DNA of 64,000 bases. It comes from Candidatus Woesearchaeota archaeon. Its GTDB lineage: Archaea > Nanobdellota > Nanobdellia > Pacearchaeales > GW2011-AR1. How positions within the stretch are numbered: the first letter of the stretch is position 1; each line of letters begins with the position of its first letter. A program made the translations under genes and the position numbers. Positions 37,112 to 46,694 of this stretch are shown piece by piece. The DNA lies in assembly GCA_964409555.1 (NCBI GenBank), contig CAYPDP010000001.1, forward strand, positions 3,978 through 67,977, given 5' to 3'. The notes under the pieces were generated by a model. It did no database searches and was not told where the DNA came from. It saw nothing but the letters and a program-made list of their open reading frames with translations.

Positions 37112-37621
37112 ATGACTATTGAAGATGAACTTACTAAAAAAGGAATTAAATATTCTATAAATAAGTTAAAGTTACCTAGAGAATTAAGTGCATTTCCTGG
37201 TTTAGATGATGTATTAAATTATTTTTGTAGAAAAAATAATATTTCTAAACCTGATAATGTAATTTCAATAAATAAAGGATTAATAGTTTCATGGGATAAT
37301 AGAAATCAGATATTTTTATCTAGAGAGATAAAAGGAGATTTACTTTCTTTTATGAATCCTCCTTTGAAGGATTTCTTTGGGAGAGGTAGAAATCATAAAT
37401 ATACTTCTAGAGAAGAAACTTATGAATTAAGTGGGGTTTTAAATGGGAAAAAAATATCTTTAAAATCAGAAATAATTTATTCTCAACATTATATTTTTAA
37501 AGAGAATTCAAGGAATTCTCTAAGATTTACACCTAAATTTTTACTCGAAGGAAAAGGAAAAAGAGATATTATTAGAAAAGATAATGAAAAATATTGGTTT
37601 TTAAGTGGTGTTAGAAAATAA
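37112..37621 (+). CDS. Hypothetical protein
   Basis: 169 aa ORF, leaderless-type upstream region. Confidence 0.65.
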   Translation: MTIEDELTKKGIKYSINKLKLPRELSAFPGLDDVLNYFCRKNNISKPDNVISINKGLIVSWDNRNQIFLSREIKGDLLSFMNPPLKDFFGRGRNHKYTSREETYELSGVLNGKKISLKSEIIYSQHYIFKENSRNSLRFTPKFLLEGKGKRDIIRKDNEKYWFLSGVRK

Positions 37622-37657
37622 TAATTTTTAAAAAGAAGAATTGTCTAAATAATTTTA

Positions 37658-38176
37658 ATGGTAAAAGAATTATTAAAAGAATTTTCTGTTGATGATATGT
37701 CTAAAAGTATTAAAGATAGATTAGAAAAAATAAAAAAAGAGAATGAAGATTTAAAAAAATTATCTAAACCTTATGAGAAATTAATAATTCCTTATGAAGC
37801 AATAGTTGGGGAAGTTAGAAATTATAATTTCTCAACAGATCACACTCCTTTAAGCGAGCAAATGTCTGAAGTGGATTATCCATCTTATAAATCAGGATAT
37901 AGAAATGAGTTGGAAATTAATTTAGAGGAGGGTTTAGTTGAGAAACTTATTTTTAAAGGTAATTCTTCGATTGAAAAAGGTAATAAAATTAGAGCTTATA
38001 TTTTTGCAGGTGAAGAAAAGGAACTTCATTTTTTAGGTCATGGAGATGAAAATAATTTAGTTTATATTCCAAGAGATTTTAAAAAACAAGAAATTGCATT
38101 CTATATTCAAAAAATTGATAGACAAACTGGAAAAGTTTTAAGAACAGATTATAGTGTAGATTATTCTGGAAGATAA
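37658..38176 (+). CDS. Hypothetical protein (possible OB-like beta fold)
   Basis: 172 aa ORF; beta-rich pattern I..G.KIRAYI. Confidence 0.65.
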   Translation: MVKELLKEFSVDDMSKSIKDRLEKIKKENEDLKKLSKPYEKLIIPYEAIVGEVRNYNFSTDHTPLSEQMSEVDYPSYKSGYRNELEINLEEGLVEKLIFKGNSSIEKGNKIRAYIFAGEEKELHFLGHGDENNLVYIPRDFKKQEIAFYIQKIDRQTGKVLRTDYSVDYSGR

Positions 38177-38188
38177 TATTAAAATTAA

Positions 38189-38746
38189 TTAAAAAATTCT
38201 TTCGGAATTATTTTCAATTTGCCAGTCAATGAAACTTCCTAAATTTATTGAACCAGCTTTATCATAATTACAAGCTCTTATTCCTTTGTTATTATTATTT
38301 TTATCTCTTAATTCAAGTCTATATGGTCCAGATATATCTGCTAAATAAATAAGAGGAAAATATGAATTACAAATTTTTGCTCTATTTGTATCCTTTAATT
38401 TAAATACTTTAAATTTTTCTTTGTCATAATTCATTTTATTATAATGTTTTAAAATATCACAAACTAATTCTCTTTCTTTTCTAATATCTCCAAAAGTTTT
38501 TTCAAAAAGGAAATTTATATTTCCTTTTCCTTCATTTCTATCTATAAAATTATAAAAACTCCAAATAAGATCTATATCTTTCCAAATATTTTTTTCATAA
38601 AAACTTGTCATTAAAGAAAAAGATAATTTTGATTTAATTATTATATTTTTAGGAGACAGAGTTTTATTAATATTTATTGAAGAAATTGGTAATTGATTAC
38701 TTTTACTTTTTAAAGCAGTATTTAATAAATAAGGATAGATTTTCAT
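38189..38746 (-). CDS. Hypothetical protein
   Basis: 185 aa ORF, no recognised motif. Confidence 0.6.
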   Translation of the reverse strand: MKIYPYLLNTALKSKSNQLPISSININKTLSPKNIIIKSKLSFSLMTSFYEKNIWKDIDLIWSFYNFIDRNEGKGNINFLFEKTFGDIRKERELVCDILKHYNKMNYDKEKFKVFKLKDTNRAKICNSYFPLIYLADISGPYRLELRDKNNNNKGIRACNYDKAGSINLGSFIDWQIENNSERIF

Positions 38747-38808
38747 TTTAATAAGATATTAAAAATTTCTTATTTTTTAAAGATTTATTAACTGGAGAAT
38801 ATAATTTT

Positions 38809-40026
38809 TTAAAACCATTTTCTTAAATTTCTTTGGGTTTTGATTTCATTTAAAAGTCTGCTTTTTTGAAGCATTTCTGAAGAATCAAATTTAAACTTCA
38901 TTTTTCCTATTTGAATTACACTATTTTTTAATTCTTTAATACTTTTAAATTCAAATTTTTTATTATTAAGTGCTTTTCTTACACTTTCTCTAACAACCCA
39001 AACACCAAGACTTGCCCAATAACTTGGAGTTTCCAATCTTATAACTAAAACACTTGCCTGTTTTTTTATTTTTTCAAGATATTCTAATATTGGAAGTCTT
39101 GTAGCATAATATCCTCCTACTGTATTTGAAGCATAATTTTTTCTTCCAGAATATCCTTCAAAGTCAGTAGATGCTTTAATCTTTGAAGAAGGATTCCAAG
39201 ATGAGCCAGGAAAATATATTTCAAAAAGTTCATAATTCCAAATATTTGGGAAGAGCATAATTAAATATTGATTACCTATAAATTCTCCAAAAAATAATTC
39301 ATAATTTTCAATCCATTTATAATCTCTAATTTTTTCTAAAAGTTTTTTCCCTATGGTATCATCTGTTGCAGTAATACTCCATTTAGTCGGAACTAATTTT
39401 TTATCTTTTTTTAAACCAAGAACCCCCACACTTAAAATCTTGCTTAAAACATATTCATCAAAATTATTTTTATACAAATCAAGAATTCCTTTTGAAGCTT
39501 TTATTTCATCATTAATTACTCTATCAACTTTTCTATGAATTTTTATATTGCTTGTTATTTTTGCTTTTTTTAATTCTCCTTTAAATCCTTGAGACATAGT
39601 TATTTTATCTCTTTTCCCATCTAAACTTAATTTTCTTTTTAATTCAATTTCAATATCAACTGGTTTTGAAGCAACTGCAATTTCTTGAGCTATTTGAATG
39701 AATTTATTTTTATTTAAACTAGAATCTTTAACTTTCGATTGAAATCTAGAATTTAATAAGCTGTTTCTTAGATTAATGACTTCTTGAATTTTTAAATTTT
39801 TGTTTGCCCAATATTTTGCATTATCATAAATCCAAGCATTTTTATCTTTATTTAGTGGACTAAGAATTCCCACATTTACTAAAGGATATTTTAATTTAGA
39901 ACCTATGAAAATACTTGGTGGAGAATTTGTGTCTAAGTTGGATATTTTTTTTAAATCATTATATTTAAAATTAGTATTTGATATTTTTTTAATTGCCTCA
40001 AATTTAATTTCATCATGATTAACCAT
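38809..40026 (-). CDS. Nre family (NreA-like) PCNA-interacting DNA repair protein
   Basis: SPPSIFIG...YP.V.VG.L.P, KLVPT.WSITATDD, GGYYA.RLP.LEYL, Y...LGVWVVRE.VR; terminal PIP box QRNLRKWF. Confidence 0.92.
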   Translation of the reverse strand: MVNHDEIKFEAIKKISNTNFKYNDLKKISNLDTNSPPSIFIGSKLKYPLVNVGILSPLNKDKNAWIYDNAKYWANKNLKIQEVINLRNSLLNSRFQSKVKDSSLNKNKFIQIAQEIAVASKPVDIEIELKRKLSLDGKRDKITMSQGFKGELKKAKITSNIKIHRKVDRVINDEIKASKGILDLYKNNFDEYVLSKILSVGVLGLKKDKKLVPTKWSITATDDTIGKKLLEKIRDYKWIENYELFFGEFIGNQYLIMLFPNIWNYELFEIYFPGSSWNPSSKIKASTDFEGYSGRKNYASNTVGGYYATRLPILEYLEKIKKQASVLVIRLETPSYWASLGVWVVRESVRKALNNKKFEFKSIKELKNSVIQIGKMKFKFDSSEMLQKSRLLNEIKTQRNLRKWF

Positions 40027-40089
40027 TTAATATTATTTGTTTGAAAATTTATTTTTTTAAATTTATTAAATATAATTTATTTTATAAAT

Positions 40090-40836
40090 TTAAATCCATC
40101 TTTTTTTAAAAACACCTTTTTCTCTTATTTCAAAACTTAATTCTTTTTTAGGAAGACTTCTATGTTTTAATAAAATAGCTTTTCTTTTTTCATTATCATT
40201 TTTTAATTCAATTATGCATTTGCTCCAATATTTAAACAAATCTCCTCCAACAATGTTAACTTCTTTTTGAATTCCTTTTTTTTGTTCTTCAAATGTTAAA
40301 AAATTACCATAAACTTGATTGGTAATAATAACTGGTATTTCTTGTTTTCTTGATATTTCTGCGAGCATTCTCATTTGATTTGCAACATTTCTATTTACTT
40401 CTTTAATTTGATATTCTTTTTTGGATTCAATTGCATCACCTAATTCAAGTCTGTAAAGCATAGCCATTCCATCTACAACAATTAATCCTACATGTTTTTT
40501 TTTCACATTTTCTAAAAGTTTTGAGAAACATTTTTTTTGTTCTTCAAAATTTGATGGTTCAAATAAAATAATATTCTCTAATATTTCTTCATTATTTTCA
40601 TTTCCAACAATTTGTTTTACTCTATCTGTTGAAAATCCTCCTTCAGTATCAATAAAAATTACTTTTTTCCCTTTTTTTGCCTGACTGCATGAAGATAAAA
40701 TACACATATTACTTTTTCCAGATCCTGGAGGTCCAACAATCATTGTTATGATGTCTTTTTCATATCCTCCATAAAGCCATTTATTTAAATCAAAACTTCC
40801 AGTAGATATTCTTTCAATTTTATTTTTATATGACAT
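40090..40836 (-). CDS. radB: DNA repair and recombination protein RadB
   Basis: GPPGSGKSN, FIDTEGGFS.DR, ITNQVY, VGG...KYWSK, KHRS motif. Confidence 0.95.
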   Translation of the reverse strand: MSYKNKIERISTGSFDLNKWLYGGYEKDIITMIVGPPGSGKSNMCILSSCSQAKKGKKVIFIDTEGGFSTDRVKQIVGNENNEEILENIILFEPSNFEEQKKCFSKLLENVKKKHVGLIVVDGMAMLYRLELGDAIESKKEYQIKEVNRNVANQMRMLAEISRKQEIPVIITNQVYGNFLTFEEQKKGIQKEVNIVGGDLFKYWSKCIIELKNDNEKRKAILLKHRSLPKKELSFEIREKGVFKKRWI

Positions 40837-40867
40837 GATGAATAAGAATTAATTGTATTAATAAGGA

Positions 40868-41119
40868 TTATTGTAATGCTTTAGATTCTTGAACTAATTT
40901 AAATGTTTGAGTACTATAAATACCACCTACTCCTTTTAATTTAAGTACTAAATTTTCTTGAGATTTTCCTTGACAAGGATATATTATATATTTTTCAATA
41001 GTATAATTAAGTCCTTTTTTTATATGAGGTCCTTCATTTTTTAATGCAATTAATTCTACTCCTGAGAGATAAATATCTGATTCACTTTTTAAACCTAAAT
41101 GATGACTTCTACCTACCAT
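40868..41119 (-). CDS. Hypothetical protein
   Basis: 83 aa ORF with TATA about 27 nt upstream. Confidence 0.55.
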   Translation of the reverse strand: MVGRSHHLGLKSESDIYLSGVELIALKNEGPHIKKGLNYTIEKYIIYPCQGKSQENLVLKLKGVGGIYSTQTFKLVQESKALQ

Positions 41120-41164
41120 AAAAAATATAATAATTAATATTTTATAAATTTATATGTGTTTTAT

Positions 41165-41428
41165 TTATTTTAATTTAGAAAAATCGCCTGAAACTTTGTT
41201 CAAATCTTTGATTATTGAAGAAACTGCATCATCTATTGCTTTTTTAGGATTTTTTCCTTTTGTTTTCACAGAAAGAATTGGATTTTCAGTAGGATGTTCA
41301 TATTTCCATGCAGAGAAAGTTACAGATGAGTCTTTATTTAAATAAACTCTTAGTATTTCAACTAAAGTTAAATTATCTACTTGCAATTCAATCTCATCTT
41401 TTGAACTTTTAAGAATATTTATTTCCAT
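41165..41428 (-). CDS. rpoL: RNA polymerase subunit Rpo11 (RpoL)
   Basis: NLTL..ILR..L..D..V.F.AW..EHP...P.L.VKT. Confidence 0.92.
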   Translation of the reverse strand: MEINILKSSKDEIELQVDNLTLVEILRVYLNKDSSVTFSAWKYEHPTENPILSVKTKGKNPKKAIDDAVSSIIKDLNKVSGDFSKLK

Positions 41429-41467
41429 AATAAAGTTGGTTAAAATTCATTTATAAAGGTTTTTATT

Positions 41468-42262
41468 TTATTGGTCTTCTTTTTTATTCTTTTTCCAGAA
41501 AATTAAATTTTTAAATTTTTTCTTAACTGATTTTTCATTATTATTTTCATTTTCAGAATCATTCATAAGTTCTTTTTCAAATTCTTCTTCATTAATATTT
41601 TCAGAAGTATCTTTTTTATTTATCCTTTTCAAATCATAAATTGTCATATTTTTAGATTTTATTGGATTAAATATAATTTCTTTGTTTTCAGATATTATTT
41701 CTGATTCTATTATATTTTCTTTTAATAATTTTATTTTTAGAAAAATTTCAATTTTTCTTAGGATATCATAATAATTATTGGGGAGAATTCCTTTTTCTGC
41801 CATTTTTATTATAGATTCTGGTTCTTTAATTTCTCTAGCAAGTTGTTCTTGAGTAATTTTTTTTGATCTTCTAGCCCTCATAATTATCCAATGAAAATTA
41901 TCAACAATTTTTTCTTTATCTTTGGATGAGAAATTAAATTCATTATTTTTTTTAAAATATTTTTTTTCAACAATATCTCTTAAAGAAAAATCTTGTTTTT
42001 CTATTAATTTTGTTTTTTTTATATTTCTTATTTTTTCTTTATGAGCTTCAGGGTTTTTTATACCTGCAACTTTGGAGAGTCTTTCATAAACTGATTCTTT
42101 CTTATCAATTTTTTCAAGTTGGAGATTATTTATTTTTTTTATAATTGGAATATTTTCTTTATAAGAACATTTTCTACAAATATTTACAATATCTTTTCCA
42201 AAAATACCCTCTAATAAATTAGTATCTTTTTCAGAAATATTACATTTGAAACATTTATTCAT
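41468..42262 (-). CDS. MBF1-like Zn-ribbon + XRE-type HTH protein
   Basis: CFKC..CRKC; IVDNF...I.RARR...ITQEQLA..I.E....I...E.G. Confidence 0.85.
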   Translation of the reverse strand: MNKCFKCNISEKDTNLLEGIFGKDIVNICRKCSYKENIPIIKKINNLQLEKIDKKESVYERLSKVAGIKNPEAHKEKIRNIKKTKLIEKQDFSLRDIVEKKYFKKNNEFNFSSKDKEKIVDNFHWIIMRARRSKKITQEQLAREIKEPESIIKMAEKGILPNNYYDILRKIEIFLKIKLLKENIIESEIISENKEIIFNPIKSKNMTIYDLKRINKKDTSENINEEEFEKELMNDSENENNNEKSVKKKFKNLIFWKKNKKEDQ

Positions 42263-42344
42263 TCTTTATTATTTTTATATTAGTTTTTTAATATTTATGT
42301 TGTAGAAAATAGATTATATTATTGAATTATTTACTGAGAATGAA

Positions 42345-42998
42345 TTAAATAAGATATTTTCCAACTTTTTCTAGTGAATCTGTATTTTCTACAACAAATT
42401 TTTCATTAATAAGAATTGATGGAACTTTTTTAACATTATATTTTTTCATTAAAATTTTTAAAGATTCAACATTAGTATCTGTTGCTATTGGAAGTAAAAT
42501 TATATTTTCCTCATATTTTTCTTTTAAATCAAATAAAAAGTTACTCATTGTTCCTTGGAGAACTTTTAATTCTAAGCTAGGATCTTTATATTGATAAAAA
42601 TATACAACTGTATTGAATTTACTATCGCAATTTTTTTTATTTTCAATAATTCTTTTCCAAAGTAATGTTCTTAAAAGATCATATCTTTTATGAAGAGCAA
42701 TTTGTTCTGTAGTTATTTTATTTGAATCTTCGTATTTACCTAATTTTACAGCTTCTTTATAAATTTTATCTGCAAAAAAGACGCTTTCATTTTTTATTAT
42801 TTTGCAAGATTCATTATTTTCATATATTATTTTTGAAGATAAATCAAAATCAAAAAAATCTGTTTCAGATTTAAAATAAGTTTCTTTCATTTGATCAATT
42901 CTCGAATTTTCAAAAATAACCCCTATCATAATTCCCATAAAAAATATTATTAATGCTACTACTAATGCTTGCCAAAAAGTGTGTTTATTGTTTAACAT
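42345..42998 (-). CDS. Membrane-anchored protein with C-terminal thioredoxin-like fold lacking CxxC
   Basis: N-terminal TM, VVYFY, Y.V..VPSILIN; probable ATG at 42998. Confidence 0.7.
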   Translation of the reverse strand: MLNNKHTFWQALVVALIIFFMGIMIGVIFENSRIDQMKETYFKSETDFFDFDLSSKIIYENNESCKIIKNESVFFADKIYKEAVKLGKYEDSNKITTEQIALHKRYDLLRTLLWKRIIENKKNCDSKFNTVVYFYQYKDPSLELKVLQGTMSNFLFDLKEKYEENIILLPIATDTNVESLKILMKKYNVKKVPSILINEKFVVENTDSLEKVGKYLI

Positions 42999-42999
42999 T

Positions 43000-44232
43000 T
43001 TACCATCTATAATCTTTTCTAATATATCTATATATTGAAGTAATCCAAATGAAGGGGTATATTGCAAGATATACTAAAATATAAAAAACAAGGTTAAAAA
43101 ATCTTTTTATTGTTAATTTTTCTTCATATTTTGTTTTATATAGCACATAATTATAATAAATAATTGAACTGCTGAAAAGAATGATTAGATAAAAAAATAA
43201 AATTGATGGATAAAAATTAATTTGCTGAAAATGAAAAATTGAAATATTTGAAGATATTGAAGATGTTGCAATTAAAAAAGAGGTTATAAATGAATTTAAA
43301 ATTAAATAAACTGAAAAGAGAAATCCAAATAAACTTAAAATAATACTAAAAAATACAAAAGGTAGAATAAATGTTCCAAACATTCCTTTTTTAAAGAATA
43401 TTTTTTTATATTTGGAAATTGCCTGTAATCCTCCAAGACCCCATCTAACTCTTTGATTATACCATTTTTTAAATTTGTGCGGGACAATTGTTGAAACTTT
43501 TGCATCTAAACACATAGCAGTCTTATAATTATGGCTAAGCATATTCCAAGTTATGTCAATATCTTCTGTAACAGATTTAGGATCAAATCCCCCAACTTTT
43601 AAAAGATGTTTTTTATTATATACACTTAATGGTCCATTTGTAACATAAACACTATCAACGAAATCTAGGAGTTTTCTTGCCCATCCTAAAATCATATATT
43701 CTAAAGATTGAATTTTTGCGAATAAATTTTGGTTTTTATTTCTTACTTCAACAAAAGAAGTTACTGCACCCATATTAGGGTTATTGAAATAACCTGTTAA
43801 TTTTCTTAAAGAATCTTTTGATGGAAAACTATCTGAATCAACTACTGCAATTAATTCACCTTGGGATATTTTAATTCCTTGATTAAGAGAATCTGCTTTT
43901 CCAGAATTTTCTTTATTGATTAATTTTAAATTAGGATATTTTGAAATTAATTTTTCTACAATTTTTTTAGTTTTATCTGTACTTCCATCATTTATTACAA
44001 TAACTTCTATTTTATCTTTTGGATAATTTAATTCCATTACATGTTTAATTGTTTCTTCTATACTTTTTTCTTCATTATATCCTGGAATTAAAATACTTAC
44101 AGAATAATCTTTTTTTGGGGTTGGATATAAAAATAATTTATCTTTATTTTTTAATGTTAAAATTATAAAAAAAGACATCATATATAATGCTATAAACATT
44201 AGAGCTAAATAAATTATTATTATTATTTCCAA
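43000..44232 (-). CDS. Processive GT2 glycosyltransferase (PgaC/IcaA/CesA-like)
   Basis: IPGYNEE, NDGSTD, GKA..LN, VDSDS, TEDID, QRVRW, several TM helices; TTG start. Confidence 0.92.
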   Translation of the reverse strand: MEIIIIIYLALMFIALYMMSFFIILTLKNKDKLFLYPTPKKDYSVSILIPGYNEEKSIEETIKHVMELNYPKDKIEVIVINDGSTDKTKKIVEKLISKYPNLKLINKENSGKADSLNQGIKISQGELIAVVDSDSFPSKDSLRKLTGYFNNPNMGAVTSFVEVRNKNQNLFAKIQSLEYMILGWARKLLDFVDSVYVTNGPLSVYNKKHLLKVGGFDPKSVTEDIDITWNMLSHNYKTAMCLDAKVSTIVPHKFKKWYNQRVRWGLGGLQAISKYKKIFFKKGMFGTFILPFVFFSIILSLFGFLFSVYLILNSFITSFLIATSSISSNISIFHFQQINFYPSILFFYLIILFSSSIIYYNYVLYKTKYEEKLTIKRFFNLVFYILVYLAIYPFIWITSIYRYIRKDYRW

Positions 44233-44233
44233 A

Positions 44234-44842
44234 TTAATTTCCTTCTTTTTTTAGTTCATTTTTTTTCTGATTTGATTCATCTTTTTTTTCTAAATTTTTA
44301 TTTTCATCAAAAATATTTTCACCATTTTCTTTTTCAACAAAATTAAAGTAATCATAAAAATCATCACTTAAACTTAATTCGTTAGTGTGTCCCATTCTTT
44401 TCTTTTTTATTAATTTTAAATCAGAGAATTTTTTTATATGGTCATAAGCTTTGTTACCTCTTATTTTAATTATTACAGATTGTTTTATTGGTTGTTTGTA
44501 TGCTATTATTGCAAGAGTTTCTTGTTCAGCTTTAGTGAATTCTGAAGAGCCTGTAGCAAGTTTATTTATTACACTTGTAAATTCATTTCTAACATCCATT
44601 TTCCAAAGTTTATTTTTTTTAACAATTTCCATTGCAGAATCTGTTTGGTCGTATTTTTCTTGTAATTTTTCTATTAATTCATGAATTATTATTGGGTTTA
44701 TGTCTGTAAGAGAAATTAATTCAGGCATATTTAGGAATCTTCCAGAAATAAAAAAAACTGCCTCTAATTTTTTTAAATTTTCTTTTTCAATAGATTCGTC
44801 AATTTCATTAATTGTTTTTGAAGAGATATCACTATAATTCAT
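44234..44842 (-). CDS. scpB: SMC-Scp complex subunit ScpB
   Basis: LEAVFF.SG, ETLAIIAYKQPI.QS.IIKIRG..AYDHIK. Confidence 0.92.
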   Translation of the reverse strand: MNYSDISSKTINEIDESIEKENLKKLEAVFFISGRFLNMPELISLTDINPIIIHELIEKLQEKYDQTDSAMEIVKKNKLWKMDVRNEFTSVINKLATGSSEFTKAEQETLAIIAYKQPIKQSVIIKIRGNKAYDHIKKFSDLKLIKKKRMGHTNELSLSDDFYDYFNFVEKENGENIFDENKNLEKKDESNQKKNELKKEGN

Positions 44843-44944
44843 AAAGTATGAAAATAAAACTATATTTTAAATATTGTGATTGTTAAATTATAATAATAAG
44901 TTATTTAAATTAAATATTATTTATTTTTATAAGGAGGTGAGAAT

Positions 44945-45127
44945 ATGAAGTGTAATGTTGGTAAAAAAGAGAAATTGATAAGAATTATTATTGCTGTTAT
45001 TGCATTGGTACTTGGTTTTTATATAACTCCTTGGTTTTATATAATTACTTTAATAGGGTTTGTAACAGCAATAATAGGATTTTGTCCAATTACTAAAGTT
45101 TTAGGTATAAATACTTGTAAAAAATAA
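44945..45127 (+). CDS. DUF2892 (YgaP-like) small membrane protein
   Basis: MKCNVG..E..IR...G.CP....LGINTC; SD AAGGAGGTGA. Confidence 0.88.
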   Translation: MKCNVGKKEKLIRIIIAVIALVLGFYITPWFYIITLIGFVTAIIGFCPITKVLGINTCKK

Positions 45128-45179
45128 TACTAATTTTTTAATTAGTAATCTTTAAATAGTTTATTTTTTTATATAATTT

Positions 45180-45569
45180 ATGAAAAAAGAATTTTTAAAT
45201 AAATATTTTCCATTAATTTCAAGAATTTTGATTTCAGCTATTTTTATAATTTCGGGAATTGGAAAAATAACAAATTTTCAGGCAACTTTGGGATTTATGA
45301 ATTCAGTTGGATTTCCAATTACTATTGTTTTTCTTATTTTAGCAATAATATTTGAATTAGTTGGAGGTATTTCTATTTTAATAGGATATTATTCTAAAAT
45401 AGGTTCAATATCACTGATAATATTTACTATTTTAGCAACATTAATATTTCACATAAATTTTGCAGATCAGAATCAAATAATTATGCTTCTTAAAAATTTA
45501 GCAATAATTGGAGGACTTTTATTGATAGTTGTTAATGGTTCAGGACCATTTAGTGTTAATAAAAAGTAG
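45180..45569 (+). CDS. DoxX family membrane protein
   Basis: RIL...IF..SG..KI, ELVGG..ILIG, T.IFH, KNLAIIGGLL. Confidence 0.92.
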   Translation: MKKEFLNKYFPLISRILISAIFIISGIGKITNFQATLGFMNSVGFPITIVFLILAIIFELVGGISILIGYYSKIGSISLIIFTILATLIFHINFADQNQIIMLLKNLAIIGGLLLIVVNGSGPFSVNKK

Positions 45570-45593
45570 ATTTTTTTAATATAATCTTTTAAA

Positions 45594-46028
45594 ATGATAA
45601 ATAAAAATTTTTTTATAAATTATGATAATAAAGATTTATGGAATTTTATTTTTTCAATAATTTTTATTTTATTAGTTATTATTTTTTCAAATTTTATTTT
45701 AAAAAAAGGAATTTTAATAAAATTAAAATATTTTGATTTTCTTTTAATATCTATTGCTACTTTTAGAATGATAAGACTTTTTACATATGATAAGATAATG
45801 TCTTTTTTTAGAAAAATATTTGAAGGAAAGAAAAATGGTCTGTTAAATACTATTCATGAATTATTAATTTGTCCTTGGTGTACTGGAATCTGGGCAGCTT
45901 TAATTATTTTGGCATTATATTCTTTTTCTTTTGTTGGAAAAATATTAGTAATTATCCTTGCTATTGCAGGTGTTGGAAGTTTTATTCAAATATTAGCAAA
46001 TATGATTTCTAGAATTGGAAATAAATAA
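45594..46028 (+). CDS. DUF1360 family membrane protein
   Basis: ATFRMIRL.TYD.I...FR, ELL.CPWCTGIW. Confidence 0.88.
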   Translation: MINKNFFINYDNKDLWNFIFSIIFILLVIIFSNFILKKGILIKLKYFDFLLISIATFRMIRLFTYDKIMSFFRKIFEGKKNGLLNTIHELLICPWCTGIWAALIILALYSFSFVGKILVIILAIAGVGSFIQILANMISRIGNK

Positions 46029-46079
46029 TATATATTAAATAAAACAAATTTTTAAATATGGCAAATTTGATTAAAATAT

Positions 46080-46694
46080 ATGTTATCTTCATCAGAAAAA
46101 AAATATAATTTATTTAATTTAAAAATTAAGATGATTGGTTGGAAAGGTCCTTTTGATGCACCTCAAAGATTAAATATATCTGATAGAATCCTAAAAGATC
46201 TCAAAAGAGATAATCATATAGATTGTAATGGAAAATTAAATTCAGGATATATCTCTGGACTTCATACTTATGACTGTGAACTGAATTTAAGAGAAATAAG
46301 TGATCCAACATCGTTTTCCTTAAAAATTCCAATTATTCCTAAATATTCTGATTTGTTTCTTATAAAAAAAGGTGATATTTTTATTTCCGAATCTGTTTTT
46401 TTTCCATATGCCTTGGGAGATAAAATTTTTGAATCTGGAGAATCTTTGGGTTTTTTAGGGAAAAAAATATTTGATAATCTTCCTTTAAGGAATTTAGATA
46501 AGGTTTATGAAGGAATTTCTAAAGATAACAATATTCTAAGATTTAATGTATTAGAGAAAGAAGCTTTAAAACATGGAATAAAATTAAAATCTTCTAAAGG
46601 AAATATGGATGAGATATTAAAAAGATTAGAAAAAGTATATCTTTGTTCTTTTTATACACAAGATATTTCATCAATACTACTTCCTTTTTCTTAA
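46080..46694 (+). CDS. Hypothetical protein
   Basis: 204 aa ORF with TATA about 28 nt upstream. Confidence 0.6.
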   Translation: MLSSSEKKYNLFNLKIKMIGWKGPFDAPQRLNISDRILKDLKRDNHIDCNGKLNSGYISGLHTYDCELNLREISDPTSFSLKIPIIPKYSDLFLIKKGDIFISESVFFPYALGDKIFESGESLGFLGKKIFDNLPLRNLDKVYEGISKDNNILRFNVLEKEALKHGIKLKSSKGNMDEILKRLEKVYLCSFYTQDISSILLPFS

